From an uncultured bacterium (GTDB lineage: Bacteria; Patescibacteriota; Microgenomatia; UBA1400; PJMF01): 62,864 nucleotides of DNA. Positions 1 to 8,648 of the stretch are shown piece by piece. The stretch is taken from the NCBI GenBank assembly GCA_903959355.1, contig CAJBWJ010000025.1, positions 1-62,864 on the forward strand, in the 5' to 3' direction. The first letter of the stretch is position 1. Each line of letters opens with the position of its first letter. The notes beneath the pieces were generated by a model. That model was not told the origin of the DNA. It saw nothing but the letters and a program-made list of their open reading frames with translations, and made no database searches. Position numbers and translations under genes: made by a program.

Positions 1-765
1 CTTGATAGATTATCTGTTGCCTATAATCTGGATAATTTTCTCGCTACAAAAATTGAAGTTAAAGCAGACGAAATCTTTCTCCTAGAAACTAATGGTCAAG
101 AAATATTACGCATAAAAAGTGATCAAAACAGAGAAAAATTTGCTCTTAAAAATAATGAAAAAATTAGAGATTTTACAGTTAGTGAAAACAAATTATTTTT
201 ATTAAGTAGTGGAATTAAAATGCTCGATTTGTCTAAAAATGAACAAGCTTTCACAGAAATTAAACAAGAAGGAGAGTCAGATAAAACTGGTGAATTTCTG
301 AGTAGCTTCGGACCATATTTATATCTATCTAATAAAGATAAAAGAAATGTTTATAGATATTATTACAACGAAGACAAGCTAAGCGATCCAATTGGTTGGC
401 TAGTAGATAAACAAGGTTTAAATTTTGATAACATCAGCAATTTAATGGTCGATGGAGATTTGTGGATGACTTTTAAAACAGGCGAGCTACTTAAATTCGG
501 TAAAGGCTCTAAAGCAGACTTTCAATTTAAAGGAATTGCTCAAATCCCAAATAGTCCAATTATCATCAGTGGCAATGAAGCAAGTAATTCCATAGCAATT
601 CTAGAAAAACAAAATAAAAGATTATTGATTGTAACCAAAGATGGTCAGCTCATTAATGAAATAAAGAGTAATGAATTGGCTGGAGTTAGCAGTATTGCTT
701 TTAGCAGTGATGGTAAAAAGATCTATGCAGTTAGCGGTTCAGTCATTTACGGATTAGAAATTTAA
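1..765 (+). CDS. hypothetical protein, C-terminal part (5' end outside window); repetitive beta-rich, propeller-like
   Basis: Frame 1 is open from nt 1 with no stop before the listed Met at 220, and ends at TAA 763-765. It has recurring blade-like segments (ENKLFLLSSG, GDLWMTFKTGELLKF, DGKKIYAVSGSVIYG). Confidence 0.5.
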   Translation, partial: LDRLSVAYNLDNFLATKIEVKADEIFLLETNGQEILRIKSDQNREKFALKNNEKIRDFTVSENKLFLLSSGIKMLDLSKNEQAFTEIKQEGESDKTGEFLSSFGPYLYLSNKDKRNVYRYYYNEDKLSDPIGWLVDKQGLNFDNISNLMVDGDLWMTFKTGELLKFGKGSKADFQFKGIAQIPNSPIIISGNEASNSIAILEKQNKRLLIVTKDGQLINEIKSNELAGVSSIAFSSDGKKIYAVSGSVIYGLEI

Positions 766-822
766 GTCTTAATCTTAATTAGACAAGTCTAAAGATGAGT
801 CTAATGTTAAAATAAACCTCAA

Positions 823-1260
823 ATGTCTCTCGTTTTTAATAAAAAAGCACAATACGAATATAGTATCAGCAAAAAATTTATTGCTGGAATTGTTCTGGAA
901 GGTGCCGAAGTTAAAAGTTTGCGCCTACAACAAGCCAGCTTAAATGGCAGCTACATCAAAGAAATAGGCGGAGAGCTTTTTCTCATCAACGCTCAAATAA
1001 ATGCTTATGCTTTTGCTCATCAAGAAAATTATGACCCAAAAAAATCTCGCAAGTTATTACTTAAAAAAAGCGAAGTCGAATCATTAACTGAAGCAAGCAA
1101 GCAAAAGGGTTTTGCCATTATTCCAATCGCCTTTTTTATCTCACACAATAGAATCAAGTTAGAAATAGCCTTGGCTAAAGGTAAAAAAGAGTACGAAAAA
1201 AGAGAAACCATTAAAAAAAGAGATTTAAAAAGAGAAATTGAAAAATCAATGAAAAATTGA
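823..1260 (+). CDS. smpB: SsrA-binding protein SmpB
   Basis: 145 aa. Typical SmpB N-terminus (NKKAQYEYSI..IAGIVLEGAEVKSLR) and basic C-terminal tail (KGKKEYEKRETIKKRD). ATG start, TGA stop. Confidence 0.9.
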   Translation: MSLVFNKKAQYEYSISKKFIAGIVLEGAEVKSLRLQQASLNGSYIKEIGGELFLINAQINAYAFAHQENYDPKKSRKLLLKKSEVESLTEASKQKGFAIIPIAFFISHNRIKLEIALAKGKKEYEKRETIKKRDLKREIEKSMKN

Positions 1261-1329
1261 TTTTCTTTAATTCAGCTCTTGTCGCTTCAACTAAACTAGG
1301 TTTTAATTAGATTGTAAGGAATTTCAACT

Positions 1330-1560
1330 ATGCCTAAGAAAATTTTTTGGCCTATCACATTAGTAATAATGGGACTCATTTTTATGGCTTCCAATATGGG
1401 CTATTTGCCAAGAGCTTTTTGGAATTTGTGGCCACTAATCTTAGTTGTTGTTGGACTAGGTGGTTTAATCACTTCAGATCGAGAAGAATGGTTAGTTGAA
1501 GAAAAAAGAAAAGTTATTAAAAAGCCTGCCAGCAAGAAGAAAAAATCCAACAAAAAATAA
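1330..1560 (+). CDS. small membrane protein (two TM helices, Lys-rich tail; LiaF/DUF5668-like TM pair)
   Basis: 76 aa. Two hydrophobic helices (WPITLVIMGLIFMA; LWPLILVVVGLGGL). AAGGA Shine-Dalgarno about 9 nt upstream of the ATG. Confidence 0.6.
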   Translation: MPKKIFWPITLVIMGLIFMASNMGYLPRAFWNLWPLILVVVGLGGLITSDREEWLVEEKRKVIKKPASKKKKSNKK

Positions 1561-1562
1561 CA

Positions 1563-2261
1563 ATGAGCGAATTTTTTCAAATTGCTATTGATGGTCCTGT
1601 TGCGGCTGGCAAAGGTACTGTTTCTCGTCTACTCGCCCAAAAACTTGGATTTCTATATGTAGATACCGGAGCCATGTACAGAGCTACTGCTCTTTTGTCT
1701 TTACGTCATGAGATAAGTTTAAACGACGAAGACAAAGTCATCGCTTTACTTGAAAAAAGTAAGTTAGAAATGAGAAATCCACTTTCACCTACTGAAATTG
1801 ACGGCAGATTAACCACAATTATTCTGGATGGTGAAGATATTTCTTGGGCAATTCGTACGCAAGAATGCAGTGACGGATCTTCAAAGGTGGCTGTTTTAGC
1901 TAAATTAAGAAAAGTTTTAGTCAAAAAACAGCAAGAAATAGCACGAAGCCAGGATGTGGTCATGGAAGGCAGAGACATAACTTTTCGAGTCTTGCCGGAA
2001 GCAGATCTCAAAATCTATTTAACTGCCAGCATTGAAGCTAGAGCCATCAGAAGACACACTCAATATTTAACCAAAGGTATTAACGTCTCTATTGAAGAAG
2101 TCATAAAAGAAATCAAAGAAAGAGATGAAAGAGACATGAAAAGAAAAACTGATCCCCTACAGGTGATGCCAGATGCTTGGTTAGTGGATACAAGTAAACT
2201 AGAAATTGAAGAAGTCGTCGATTTGATCGTCGCCAAAGTCAAAGAAATTAGAAATGAGTAA
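1563..2261 (+). CDS. cmk: cytidylate kinase
   Basis: P-loop IAIDGPVAAGKGTVSR followed by YVDTGAMYRA, which is characteristic of Cmk. 232 aa. Confidence 0.9.
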   Translation: MSEFFQIAIDGPVAAGKGTVSRLLAQKLGFLYVDTGAMYRATALLSLRHEISLNDEDKVIALLEKSKLEMRNPLSPTEIDGRLTTIILDGEDISWAIRTQECSDGSSKVAVLAKLRKVLVKKQQEIARSQDVVMEGRDITFRVLPEADLKIYLTASIEARAIRRHTQYLTKGINVSIEEVIKEIKERDERDMKRKTDPLQVMPDAWLVDTSKLEIEEVVDLIVAKVKEIRNE

Positions 2262-2463
2262 AAGCTATCAACAAGATCCCAACTTAATAAATGATGTTGC
2301 TAAAGATACTAATCGCATTGAAAAAGAATATTTAGCTAAACAAGCCAAAAAACGTCAAAAAAAAAGTGAAAAAGAAGAACTTAGTCAAAAATGGATTGCA
2401 CCTTTATTGTTACTCATCACTCTTTTACTCGGATTTTTAGTTTCTATAATTTTCCAAAAATAA
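2254..2463 (+). CDS. small tail-anchored membrane protein, Lys-rich
   Basis: 69 aa. Overlaps the cmk stop by 8 nt (ATGA-type coupling). Single C-terminal TM helix (WIAPLLLLITLLLGFLVSIIF). Confidence 0.5.
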   Translation: MSKSYQQDPNLINDVAKDTNRIEKEYLAKQAKKRQKKSEKEELSQKWIAPLLLLITLLLGFLVSIIFQK

Positions 2464-2478
2464 TTAATGTTTTGTAAA

Positions 2479-4932
2479 CTATAAAATCTGTCCACCTCTT
2501 TGTTCTATTGTTTTAAGATTGGTAAATGATTCGTTGATACAAGCTTTTTGTGGTTCACTACCTTTTACAAATAATTCTTCACTAATTTTTGGACAAGCAC
2601 TGCAAGGCAATGTTCCAGTGGTAGCGCATATTTTAACTTTGATCATATTTTCTGGAATAAAGAAACGATGAGGATTTTTATCATCCAAAAGCAACAGCAT
2701 TATTTTATTCCAAATAGGTGAAGCTCCAGTAATTCCGGAGGCAACATAACTCATAGGTGTATTGTCATTATTACCCACCCAAGTGGCTACTAAACGATCA
2801 GTAGTGTAGCCGATGGTCCAGTTGTCTTTCATGCTATTGGTGGTGCCTGTTTTGACTGCTACTTGTTGAGAAGGAATATTAAGCACAGAAAACAAACCAA
2901 AAGCTGAAGAGCGAGCTTTATTGTCAGATAAAATATCAGTAATAAGATAAGCTGCTTTTGGACTAAGTTCTAAGTCATCGTAGCAGTTATCAGCATCAAG
3001 AGCGCAATTATTTCGATACAGAGTCTCACCTTTATAATTACTTATTTCTAAAAATGGATTGATGGAAACTGGATAACCAAGATTAGCGAAACTACTATAA
3101 AGTTCTGCCATATCTGTCATCAAAACTTCACCAGCTCCAAGCGTCAGTGACAAACCAAAACGGCTGCGATCTTGCCAAGTACTAATACCAAGCATCTCGC
3201 CTTTATTAATCAGTGTGTTGACTCCTAACTCAGCTAAAAGTTTGACTGCTGGAATATTATAAGAAGAAGCTAAAGCTTCTCTCAGTGTTACTCTACCGTG
3301 AAAACGACCATCATAATTTTTTGGGGCATAAGGCTTACTACCTGGAATCTGATAAACAACTGGAGAATCATCAATAATTGAAGCAGCAGTTTTGCCTTGT
3401 TCAAAAGCAGTGGCATAAGTCAAAGGCTTAATTGAAGATCCAGGCTGACGCGGTCTAATCGTTACATTAACTTGACCGTCATGCACAAAGTCATAATAGT
3501 CAGCACCACCCACCATTGCTAAAAGTTCGCCAGTTTTTGGATTAGTTACTAGAGCTGCTCCATTGCTAATTTTAAAAACTCCAAGTTTATTTATTTCACT
3601 GCTAACTATAGATTGGGCTTGATTTTGTAGCGACAAATCCAGCGTTGTTCTGACTTCTAGACCACCTTTTGATAAAACATCTTCGCCATATTTTTCAGCA
3701 AGTAGTTTTCGCACATACATCACAAAATGTGGTGCCTGCATATCAATTCGGTCTTGATTGAAAACTAGTTTTTCTTGTTTGGCTTGATCAGCCTGCAATT
3801 GGCTAATATAACCATCGTCAACCATACGACGTAAAACTTCTGCCTGTCTGCTATAAGCTAATTCTGGATTCGAACCAAAAGGCGTGTAAGTTGATGGAGC
3901 CTGTGGCAAACCTGCCAAAAGTGCTGATTCAGCTAAACTTAAATCTTTGGCTGATTTATTAAAATATCTCCAAGATGCTTCTTCAATGCCATAAGTTGAG
4001 CCACCGTAAGCAACGGTATTAAGATACATTTCCAGTATTTGATCTTTGTTATAAATACGCTCAGCGATGAGAGATAAAAGTAATTCGCGAATTTTTCTGC
4101 GATATGTTTTTTCATTACCAAGCAAACGATTTTTAATTAATTGTTGAGTAATGGTCGAACCCCCTTGAGTTGATTCGCCAGAGAAATTTTTGAGCAAAGC
4201 TCTAAATATACCTTTGATAGAAAAGCCAAAATGGCTATAAAATTCTTGGTCTTCTATAGCGATAGTAGCATCTTTAAGATATTTGGAGACTGAAGATAAT
4301 GGCACCAAAGTTCGATTTTCATCTTCATAGATACGATAAAGCAACTTACCGTTTCTGTCTAAAATTCTCGTAGTAACATTTTGCGCTTTGTTAGAAAGAT
4401 CAGTCGGCGATGGTAAATCTTTGATTGCAATATCATAAGTGAAATAAGAAAAACCTAAAAATAAAACTGTTAGAAAAAAAGATGAGAGATAAGAGAAATG
4501 AAATGCTCTTTTCTTTGGTCGACCAACTTTTTTAGTTAAATGCAAAAATTTTAAAAATTGGTTTTTTCTAAATTTTAAGTTTTGAGAAAGTTTTTCTCTT
4601 TTTTTGGAAAGAATAATAAAAGTTAAAGAAAAAAAACGCTGCCATTTAATATAAAAAGGTAGCTTTTTACGACCACGACCTTTTTTAATTTTGATTAGTT
4701 TTAAAAATAAAATATACTGATAAGTCAATTTCTTTATTGATTTATCTATTTTTTTATTAATCAAATGAAAATATTTTTTGACAGCTCTTTTAAGCTTAAG
4801 GTGCAATGGTAATTTTGGACGACCCCGCTTAATCAATTTATTTTGCGAAACTGAAACATTGGCTACTAAAACATTTTTTTCTTGTTTTGATTTATTTTTT
4901 ACAAGAATTTTATAATTATTTTTAGCAGCCAT
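2479..4932 (-). CDS. class A penicillin-binding protein (bifunctional glycosyltransferase/transpeptidase, PBP1A-type) with a long basic N-terminal tail
   Basis: GT51 motifs IEDQEFYSHFG and GGSTITQQ. Transpeptidase SxxK (GSSIKP) and KTG (VKTGTTN). TM helix around residues 150-175, preceded by about 150 Lys/Arg-rich residues. Confidence 0.9.
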   Translation of the reverse strand: MAAKNNYKILVKNKSKQEKNVLVANVSVSQNKLIKRGRPKLPLHLKLKRAVKKYFHLINKKIDKSIKKLTYQYILFLKLIKIKKGRGRKKLPFYIKWQRFFSLTFIILSKKREKLSQNLKFRKNQFLKFLHLTKKVGRPKKRAFHFSYLSSFFLTVLFLGFSYFTYDIAIKDLPSPTDLSNKAQNVTTRILDRNGKLLYRIYEDENRTLVPLSSVSKYLKDATIAIEDQEFYSHFGFSIKGIFRALLKNFSGESTQGGSTITQQLIKNRLLGNEKTYRRKIRELLLSLIAERIYNKDQILEMYLNTVAYGGSTYGIEEASWRYFNKSAKDLSLAESALLAGLPQAPSTYTPFGSNPELAYSRQAEVLRRMVDDGYISQLQADQAKQEKLVFNQDRIDMQAPHFVMYVRKLLAEKYGEDVLSKGGLEVRTTLDLSLQNQAQSIVSSEINKLGVFKISNGAALVTNPKTGELLAMVGGADYYDFVHDGQVNVTIRPRQPGSSIKPLTYATAFEQGKTAASIIDDSPVVYQIPGSKPYAPKNYDGRFHGRVTLREALASSYNIPAVKLLAELGVNTLINKGEMLGISTWQDRSRFGLSLTLGAGEVLMTDMAELYSSFANLGYPVSINPFLEISNYKGETLYRNNCALDADNCYDDLELSPKAAYLITDILSDNKARSSAFGLFSVLNIPSQQVAVKTGTTNSMKDNWTIGYTTDRLVATWVGNNDNTPMSYVASGITGASPIWNKIMLLLLDDKNPHRFFIPENMIKVKICATTGTLPCSACPKISEELFVKGSEPQKACINESFTNLKTIEQRGGQIL

Positions 4933-5145
4933 CTTGGCGTTATTTTAACATGAAAAAACGAACGTGAACTATTAAATTAATCGCGTTCACTAAAAATAAA
5001 TCTAGAAAAAATAAACAAGCTTTTTTCACTCAGAGAAGTCGCTGCAAAAAATATTTTATATTAAAATAAAATTCACGATTAAGCTCCTTCTATGGATTAA
5101 TTTAATAGTTCGCGCTTGTTTTTTGATTACGCAAAATTGGTTAAA

Positions 5146-7326
5146 TTAGATCGGACATGCACCACTGTCACATTTGAGATGATCCATGCTAATGTCTTCT
5201 GTTATTTCTGCTTCGTCGTCACTTATTTCATTGATAACTTGCATGAATTGACCAATGGTTACTGCCTCTTCTGGCTGATACTCGTAAGCTGTCACATCAA
5301 TCTTTGGCATGACGCTACAAGTTTTAATCAGAGGCTGATATTTACGAATCATGTTTGAAAACTTGCGATAAGAAACTTGTTCTGGGTCATACTTTAAAGT
5401 GTAAGAAACTTGATTGCCTTTATCTTCAGCTAATGGCTTACCATCTTTATCTACACCAACTATCCAATATTTTTCAATTAACATCAACCATTTATATTGT
5501 TCTTCAGGAGTAGCTTCACTAGCAGTCACTAACTTATCATCCATACCTAAGCTACAAATTTCTGGCTGAGTTGGGAAACCGATGACGGTCGTACCTTGAT
5601 AACTTTTCAGCTCTTTATTTGGATAGCCCATTTTTTGATATTTTTTAACTAATGGATCATCTGAGCTAAATTGCACCCAACGAATATATTCGCGCATCGC
5701 TGGAAGATGAGCACCTTCAGAAAGACTAAATAATTTAGAAGTAGTGCCAGCTGGTTTGATAGTGGTATTAGTGTGAGGAACATTGACGCCAAGTTTTTTG
5801 GCATAACTAAATGATTCTTCTTCGACTGCTCTCTTGAAACGAGCGATAGTCATCCAAAAATCATGAGCTTTTTCTTCATCAATCAAATCACGGAAAGCCA
5901 AACCGAAGGCATTCCAAGCATATTCATGAATACCAGTCATGCCAACACCAATACGATTGGTTCTTTTAACTTCGCGAGAATACAAACTATCCATATAGGT
6001 ATTAACTCTCATCAAAGCACGAGTCGCAGCACGGAAGGCTTCTTCAGCACTATCAGCATCAGGAGCATGATAAGGCACCACATCAGCAATCACACAGTAA
6101 CCACCCAACATATTCAAAGTAATTTCACCACATGGATTTGGAATTTGAGTGTAATATTTGGCACCAGCACGTCTGGCTACTTCAGCTAGCATTTTGACGG
6201 TCTTTTTCATTGGAGCAAATTTCTTACTGCAAGCATAGCCACCATCTAAGTAGCCATCAAAGCCTTCATCGTTTTGGACCAATTTATGTTGGTTTACAAA
6301 GCCTGGCTCACCAGTTTTATCAAAATATGAAGCACGCATCACAGCATCAAGAACCTTGGTTGAATGCAAACTACGCTGCTTCCAAAATTTCTCGTCAACA
6401 GCCACACTATTGTTGGCTGACCATAAGAAACCGCCTTTTTTAATACTGATGAATTCAAAAATATCTGGATCAGTCCAAGTTTTAACTGCAATACGAGCTG
6501 CACGACGTGCTCCACCAACCAGAACACATTCTGATAAATAGTGATCAGCATAGAGAGCTTGTTTCCAAGGCTTCATGCCAGAACCTTTGATCGTGGCTAA
6601 TTTTTGAATAGCCTTAATCAAAGGACGAGGACCAGAAGCTGGACGACCCTGCATACCATTAATCGGTGAGCCTTTGGCTCTAACTTTGGAAAAATCTAGA
6701 ATGAGGGTTTCATCTTTGTATTTACGCTCGTAAGCCATTTCTTCAATTTTTTCGACTGCCTGAGCCCAACCTTCTCTGGTGTCAGGAATCTCAAACCAAT
6801 GAGCATTTTCATATTTATGACGAGCTTCACGAGTACTTTCATCATCACCCCAAACAAAATCACCATGATTCTCGTCTAATACACAGCGAATGATTGGCAT
6901 GTAATCCCAGTCCACTACCATCAAAGCGTCGTCATAAGCACGACCAACACCAGAACCATTTAAAAGTAGATAGAAAAGTAAAAAGGAAGAAGAAGCGGTA
7001 CTACAGTTGGTAAAAACCTCCATATTGCGACCAGGTTGAGTTTCATCACCATGTTGAAGATGACGGCCACTCATTAAAAGTGAAGCGTTGGAAATATGTT
7101 TACGCAAAATCTCATATTCTTCTTTTTGATCAGCAGCAAATTTCTTAGGTAGCAGCATGGAATTACCAAGAGCCACACGATGAGCTACATCAGCCCAAGT
7201 TTCTAGTTTGCCATCCGCCGTGGTACGTAAAATAGTGCGTTTAGCAACAGCTTCTCCCAAACCTTTAGACAACTTACGATTAATAAGTTTCATTTTTTTC
7301 TTGGGAAGCTGATTTTTAACGGACAT
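5146..7326 (-). CDS. nrdJ: class II (adenosylcobalamin-type) ribonucleotide reductase, monomeric RTPR-like
   Basis: RNR thiyl-radical loop NPCGEITL and a C-terminal redox pair C-x4-C (CDSGAC) at the extreme C-terminus. About 730 aa, the size of monomeric class II enzymes. The track ORF starts at a TTG (7362). I prefer ATG 7326 (MSVKNQ..), which has GAAGGA about 8 nt upstream. Confidence 0.8.
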   Translation of the reverse strand: MSVKNQLPKKKMKLINRKLSKGLGEAVAKRTILRTTADGKLETWADVAHRVALGNSMLLPKKFAADQKEEYEILRKHISNASLLMSGRHLQHGDETQPGRNMEVFTNCSTASSSFLLFYLLLNGSGVGRAYDDALMVVDWDYMPIIRCVLDENHGDFVWGDDESTREARHKYENAHWFEIPDTREGWAQAVEKIEEMAYERKYKDETLILDFSKVRAKGSPINGMQGRPASGPRPLIKAIQKLATIKGSGMKPWKQALYADHYLSECVLVGGARRAARIAVKTWTDPDIFEFISIKKGGFLWSANNSVAVDEKFWKQRSLHSTKVLDAVMRASYFDKTGEPGFVNQHKLVQNDEGFDGYLDGGYACSKKFAPMKKTVKMLAEVARRAGAKYYTQIPNPCGEITLNMLGGYCVIADVVPYHAPDADSAEEAFRAATRALMRVNTYMDSLYSREVKRTNRIGVGMTGIHEYAWNAFGLAFRDLIDEEKAHDFWMTIARFKRAVEEESFSYAKKLGVNVPHTNTTIKPAGTTSKLFSLSEGAHLPAMREYIRWVQFSSDDPLVKKYQKMGYPNKELKSYQGTTVIGFPTQPEICSLGMDDKLVTASEATPEEQYKWLMLIEKYWIVGVDKDGKPLAEDKGNQVSYTLKYDPEQVSYRKFSNMIRKYQPLIKTCSVMPKIDVTAYEYQPEEAVTIGQFMQVINEISDDEAEITEDISMDHLKCDSGACPI

Positions 7327-7368
7327 CTTGATTTCCTTCATAATTTTTATTTGTGAATTCAATTCTTA

Positions 7369-7445
7369 AACATGAGACAAGTTTGAAGAAAATTGCTTAC
7401 TTGTCCAAGTCGACAATCTTTTTCAAGCTTTATTTGTCTCATGTT
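7369..7445 (-). promoter_or_regulatory. long imperfect hairpin in the nrdR-nrdJ spacer (candidate 5'-UTR/regulatory RNA structure)
   Basis: Perfect 12-bp outer stem AACATGAGACAA (7369-7380) / TTGTCTCATGTT (7434-7445). Inner pairings TTGAA(G)AA.ATTG/CAAT.TT(T)TTCAA and ACTTG/CAAGT. Confidence 0.4.
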
Positions 7446-7467
7446 AAAAAACTGAAATCAGTTTTTT
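7446..7467 (-). terminator. weak AT-rich intrinsic terminator-like hairpin after nrdR
   Basis: AAAAAACTGA-AA-TCAGTTTTTT palindrome 12 nt downstream of the nrdR stop. It has a T-run on both strands but only 3 G:C pairs. Confidence 0.35.
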
Positions 7468-7478
7468 ATATTTTAAAA

Positions 7479-7934
7479 TTAACTTTGTTCTTTTAATTTT
7501 CGAATCTCTTCTTCGAAGTCTGCCAATTCACCAAAGTCTCTATAAACGCTGGCAAAGAGTAAGTAAGAAAGAGGGTCAAGTTTTTTTAGTCTATTAAGAA
7601 CTAGATTGCCTATTTCCCAGCTTTTGACTTCAATGACTTCTCTCTGTCTCAACTTTGCTTCAACGTCTTCTATTAGCAGTTCTATCTGCAACATACTAAC
7701 TGGACGTTTCCAAGTAGCTTTAATCAAACCTCTTTTAACTTTTTCTCGATCAAAAGTTTCTTTGCTACCATCTTTCTTGATCACCTTAAGATCTACACCT
7801 TCAACTCTTTCGTAGCTAGTGAAGCGCTTCTTGCAAGCTTCACATGCCCGTCTGCGCCTCACACTGTCACCGTTTTCCGTCTCTCGCGAATCAATTACCG
7901 CCGTTTCGCTGCCTTTGCAAAATGGACACTGCAT
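7479..7934 (-). CDS. nrdR: transcriptional repressor NrdR (zinc ribbon + ATP-cone)
   Basis: N-terminal CPFC...CEAC zinc ribbon, SVRRRR motif and a C-terminal ATP-cone. 151 aa. Confidence 0.95.
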   Translation of the reverse strand: MQCPFCKGSETAVIDSRETENGDSVRRRRACEACKKRFTSYERVEGVDLKVIKKDGSKETFDREKVKRGLIKATWKRPVSMLQIELLIEDVEAKLRQREVIEVKSWEIGNLVLNRLKKLDPLSYLLFASVYRDFGELADFEEEIRKLKEQS

Positions 7935-7944
7935 AATATGTTTA

Positions 7945-7992
7945 ATCCTACCTATAGTGTTTCACTATTTATTCAATCACAAAATATTGTGG
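7945..7992. promoter_or_regulatory. tandem NrdR boxes upstream of nrdR-nrdJ
   Basis: 7977-7992 TCACAAAATATTGTGG is a good match to the 16-bp palindromic NrdR box (acaCwAtATaTwgtgt). 7945-7960 ATCCTACCTATAGTGT has a perfect right half (TATAGTGT). Centre-to-centre spacing is 32 bp, the usual tandem spacing. Confidence 0.55.
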
Positions 7993-8075
7993 TTTGCTAA
8001 GGTGAGGACTAAAAGAATCTCATGTGGGAGGGTGTGTTGTCAACTATAACAAAAACTATCAATTTTGCAAAGAAC

Positions 8076-8639
8076 TTATTTGGCCAGGAGTCGTAATTTA
8101 TCTGCCAGAGATAAACTTTGAATAGATAAAGATTCCAAAGCTGCACTCTCTTCATTGTTGAATTTATTTTTGTTATTTGTAATAAAGTCCATGTGTTTAT
8201 CAAAACTTTCTAGAACAAAAAAAGCCAAAGATTGGTCTTCAGTTTTTTTATTATTATTTTCTTTTTCAAGTAAAACAATATTTTCATGCATAGCTCTATT
8301 TAAATATTTGAGTGCCTTATCCATAGTTATGAGTGCTAAAGATGAATTGCCTTTGTCCAAAAGTTTTTTGCTATAAAAAAGGCGACGATTGCTATAAGAA
8401 ACCAACAGATAAGTTCTTTTTTCTGAATCTGACATTTCAAGACGTAATCGATCAACAATCATTAAAAGCGGATAGAGAGAGTGGTCTGGCAAAATTTCTT
8501 TGGCCACATAAAATTTTCCAGACATTAAACTAGGATTACCTTTTAATTCATTTTTATTGGCTGATTGAAGTGAAATAAATAGAATAAACACTGAAAAAAG
8601 GACAGCAAACAATAAAAATAAATAATTAACTTTTTTCAT
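8076..8639 (-). CDS. hypothetical N-terminally TM-anchored helical protein
   Basis: 187 aa. N-terminal TM (YLFLLFAVLFSVFILFISL), remainder predicted helical. Last gene of an overlapping four-gene string. Confidence 0.6.
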   Translation of the reverse strand: MKKVNYLFLLFAVLFSVFILFISLQSANKNELKGNPSLMSGKFYVAKEILPDHSLYPLLMIVDRLRLEMSDSEKRTYLLVSYSNRRLFYSKKLLDKGNSSLALITMDKALKYLNRAMHENIVLLEKENNNKKTEDQSLAFFVLESFDKHMDFITNNKNKFNNEESAALESLSIQSLSLADKLRLLAK

Positions 8640-8648
8640 AAAAAAAGA

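Noticed and set aside
1258-1260. Possibility of an alternative genetic code (UGA recoding, as in some CPR lineages).
   Set aside because: TGA terminates smpB (1258-1260) and pgk (62151-62153) at the expected conserved C-termini. All recognisable genes are full-length under the standard code.
1029-2242. Antisense ORFs within smpB and cmk (1029-1211, 1706-2011, 2060-2242). There are similar ones inside the PBP, nrdJ, lepA, rpsA and pgk genes.
   Set aside because: They are fully nested opposite well-supported conserved genes and have Ser/Leu-rich low-complexity translations.
7363-7478. Cobalamin riboswitch upstream of the B12-dependent RNR.
   Set aside because: The spacer is only 116 nt. The hairpin is a simple extended stem, and no B12-box-like sequence or multi-helix junction is apparent.
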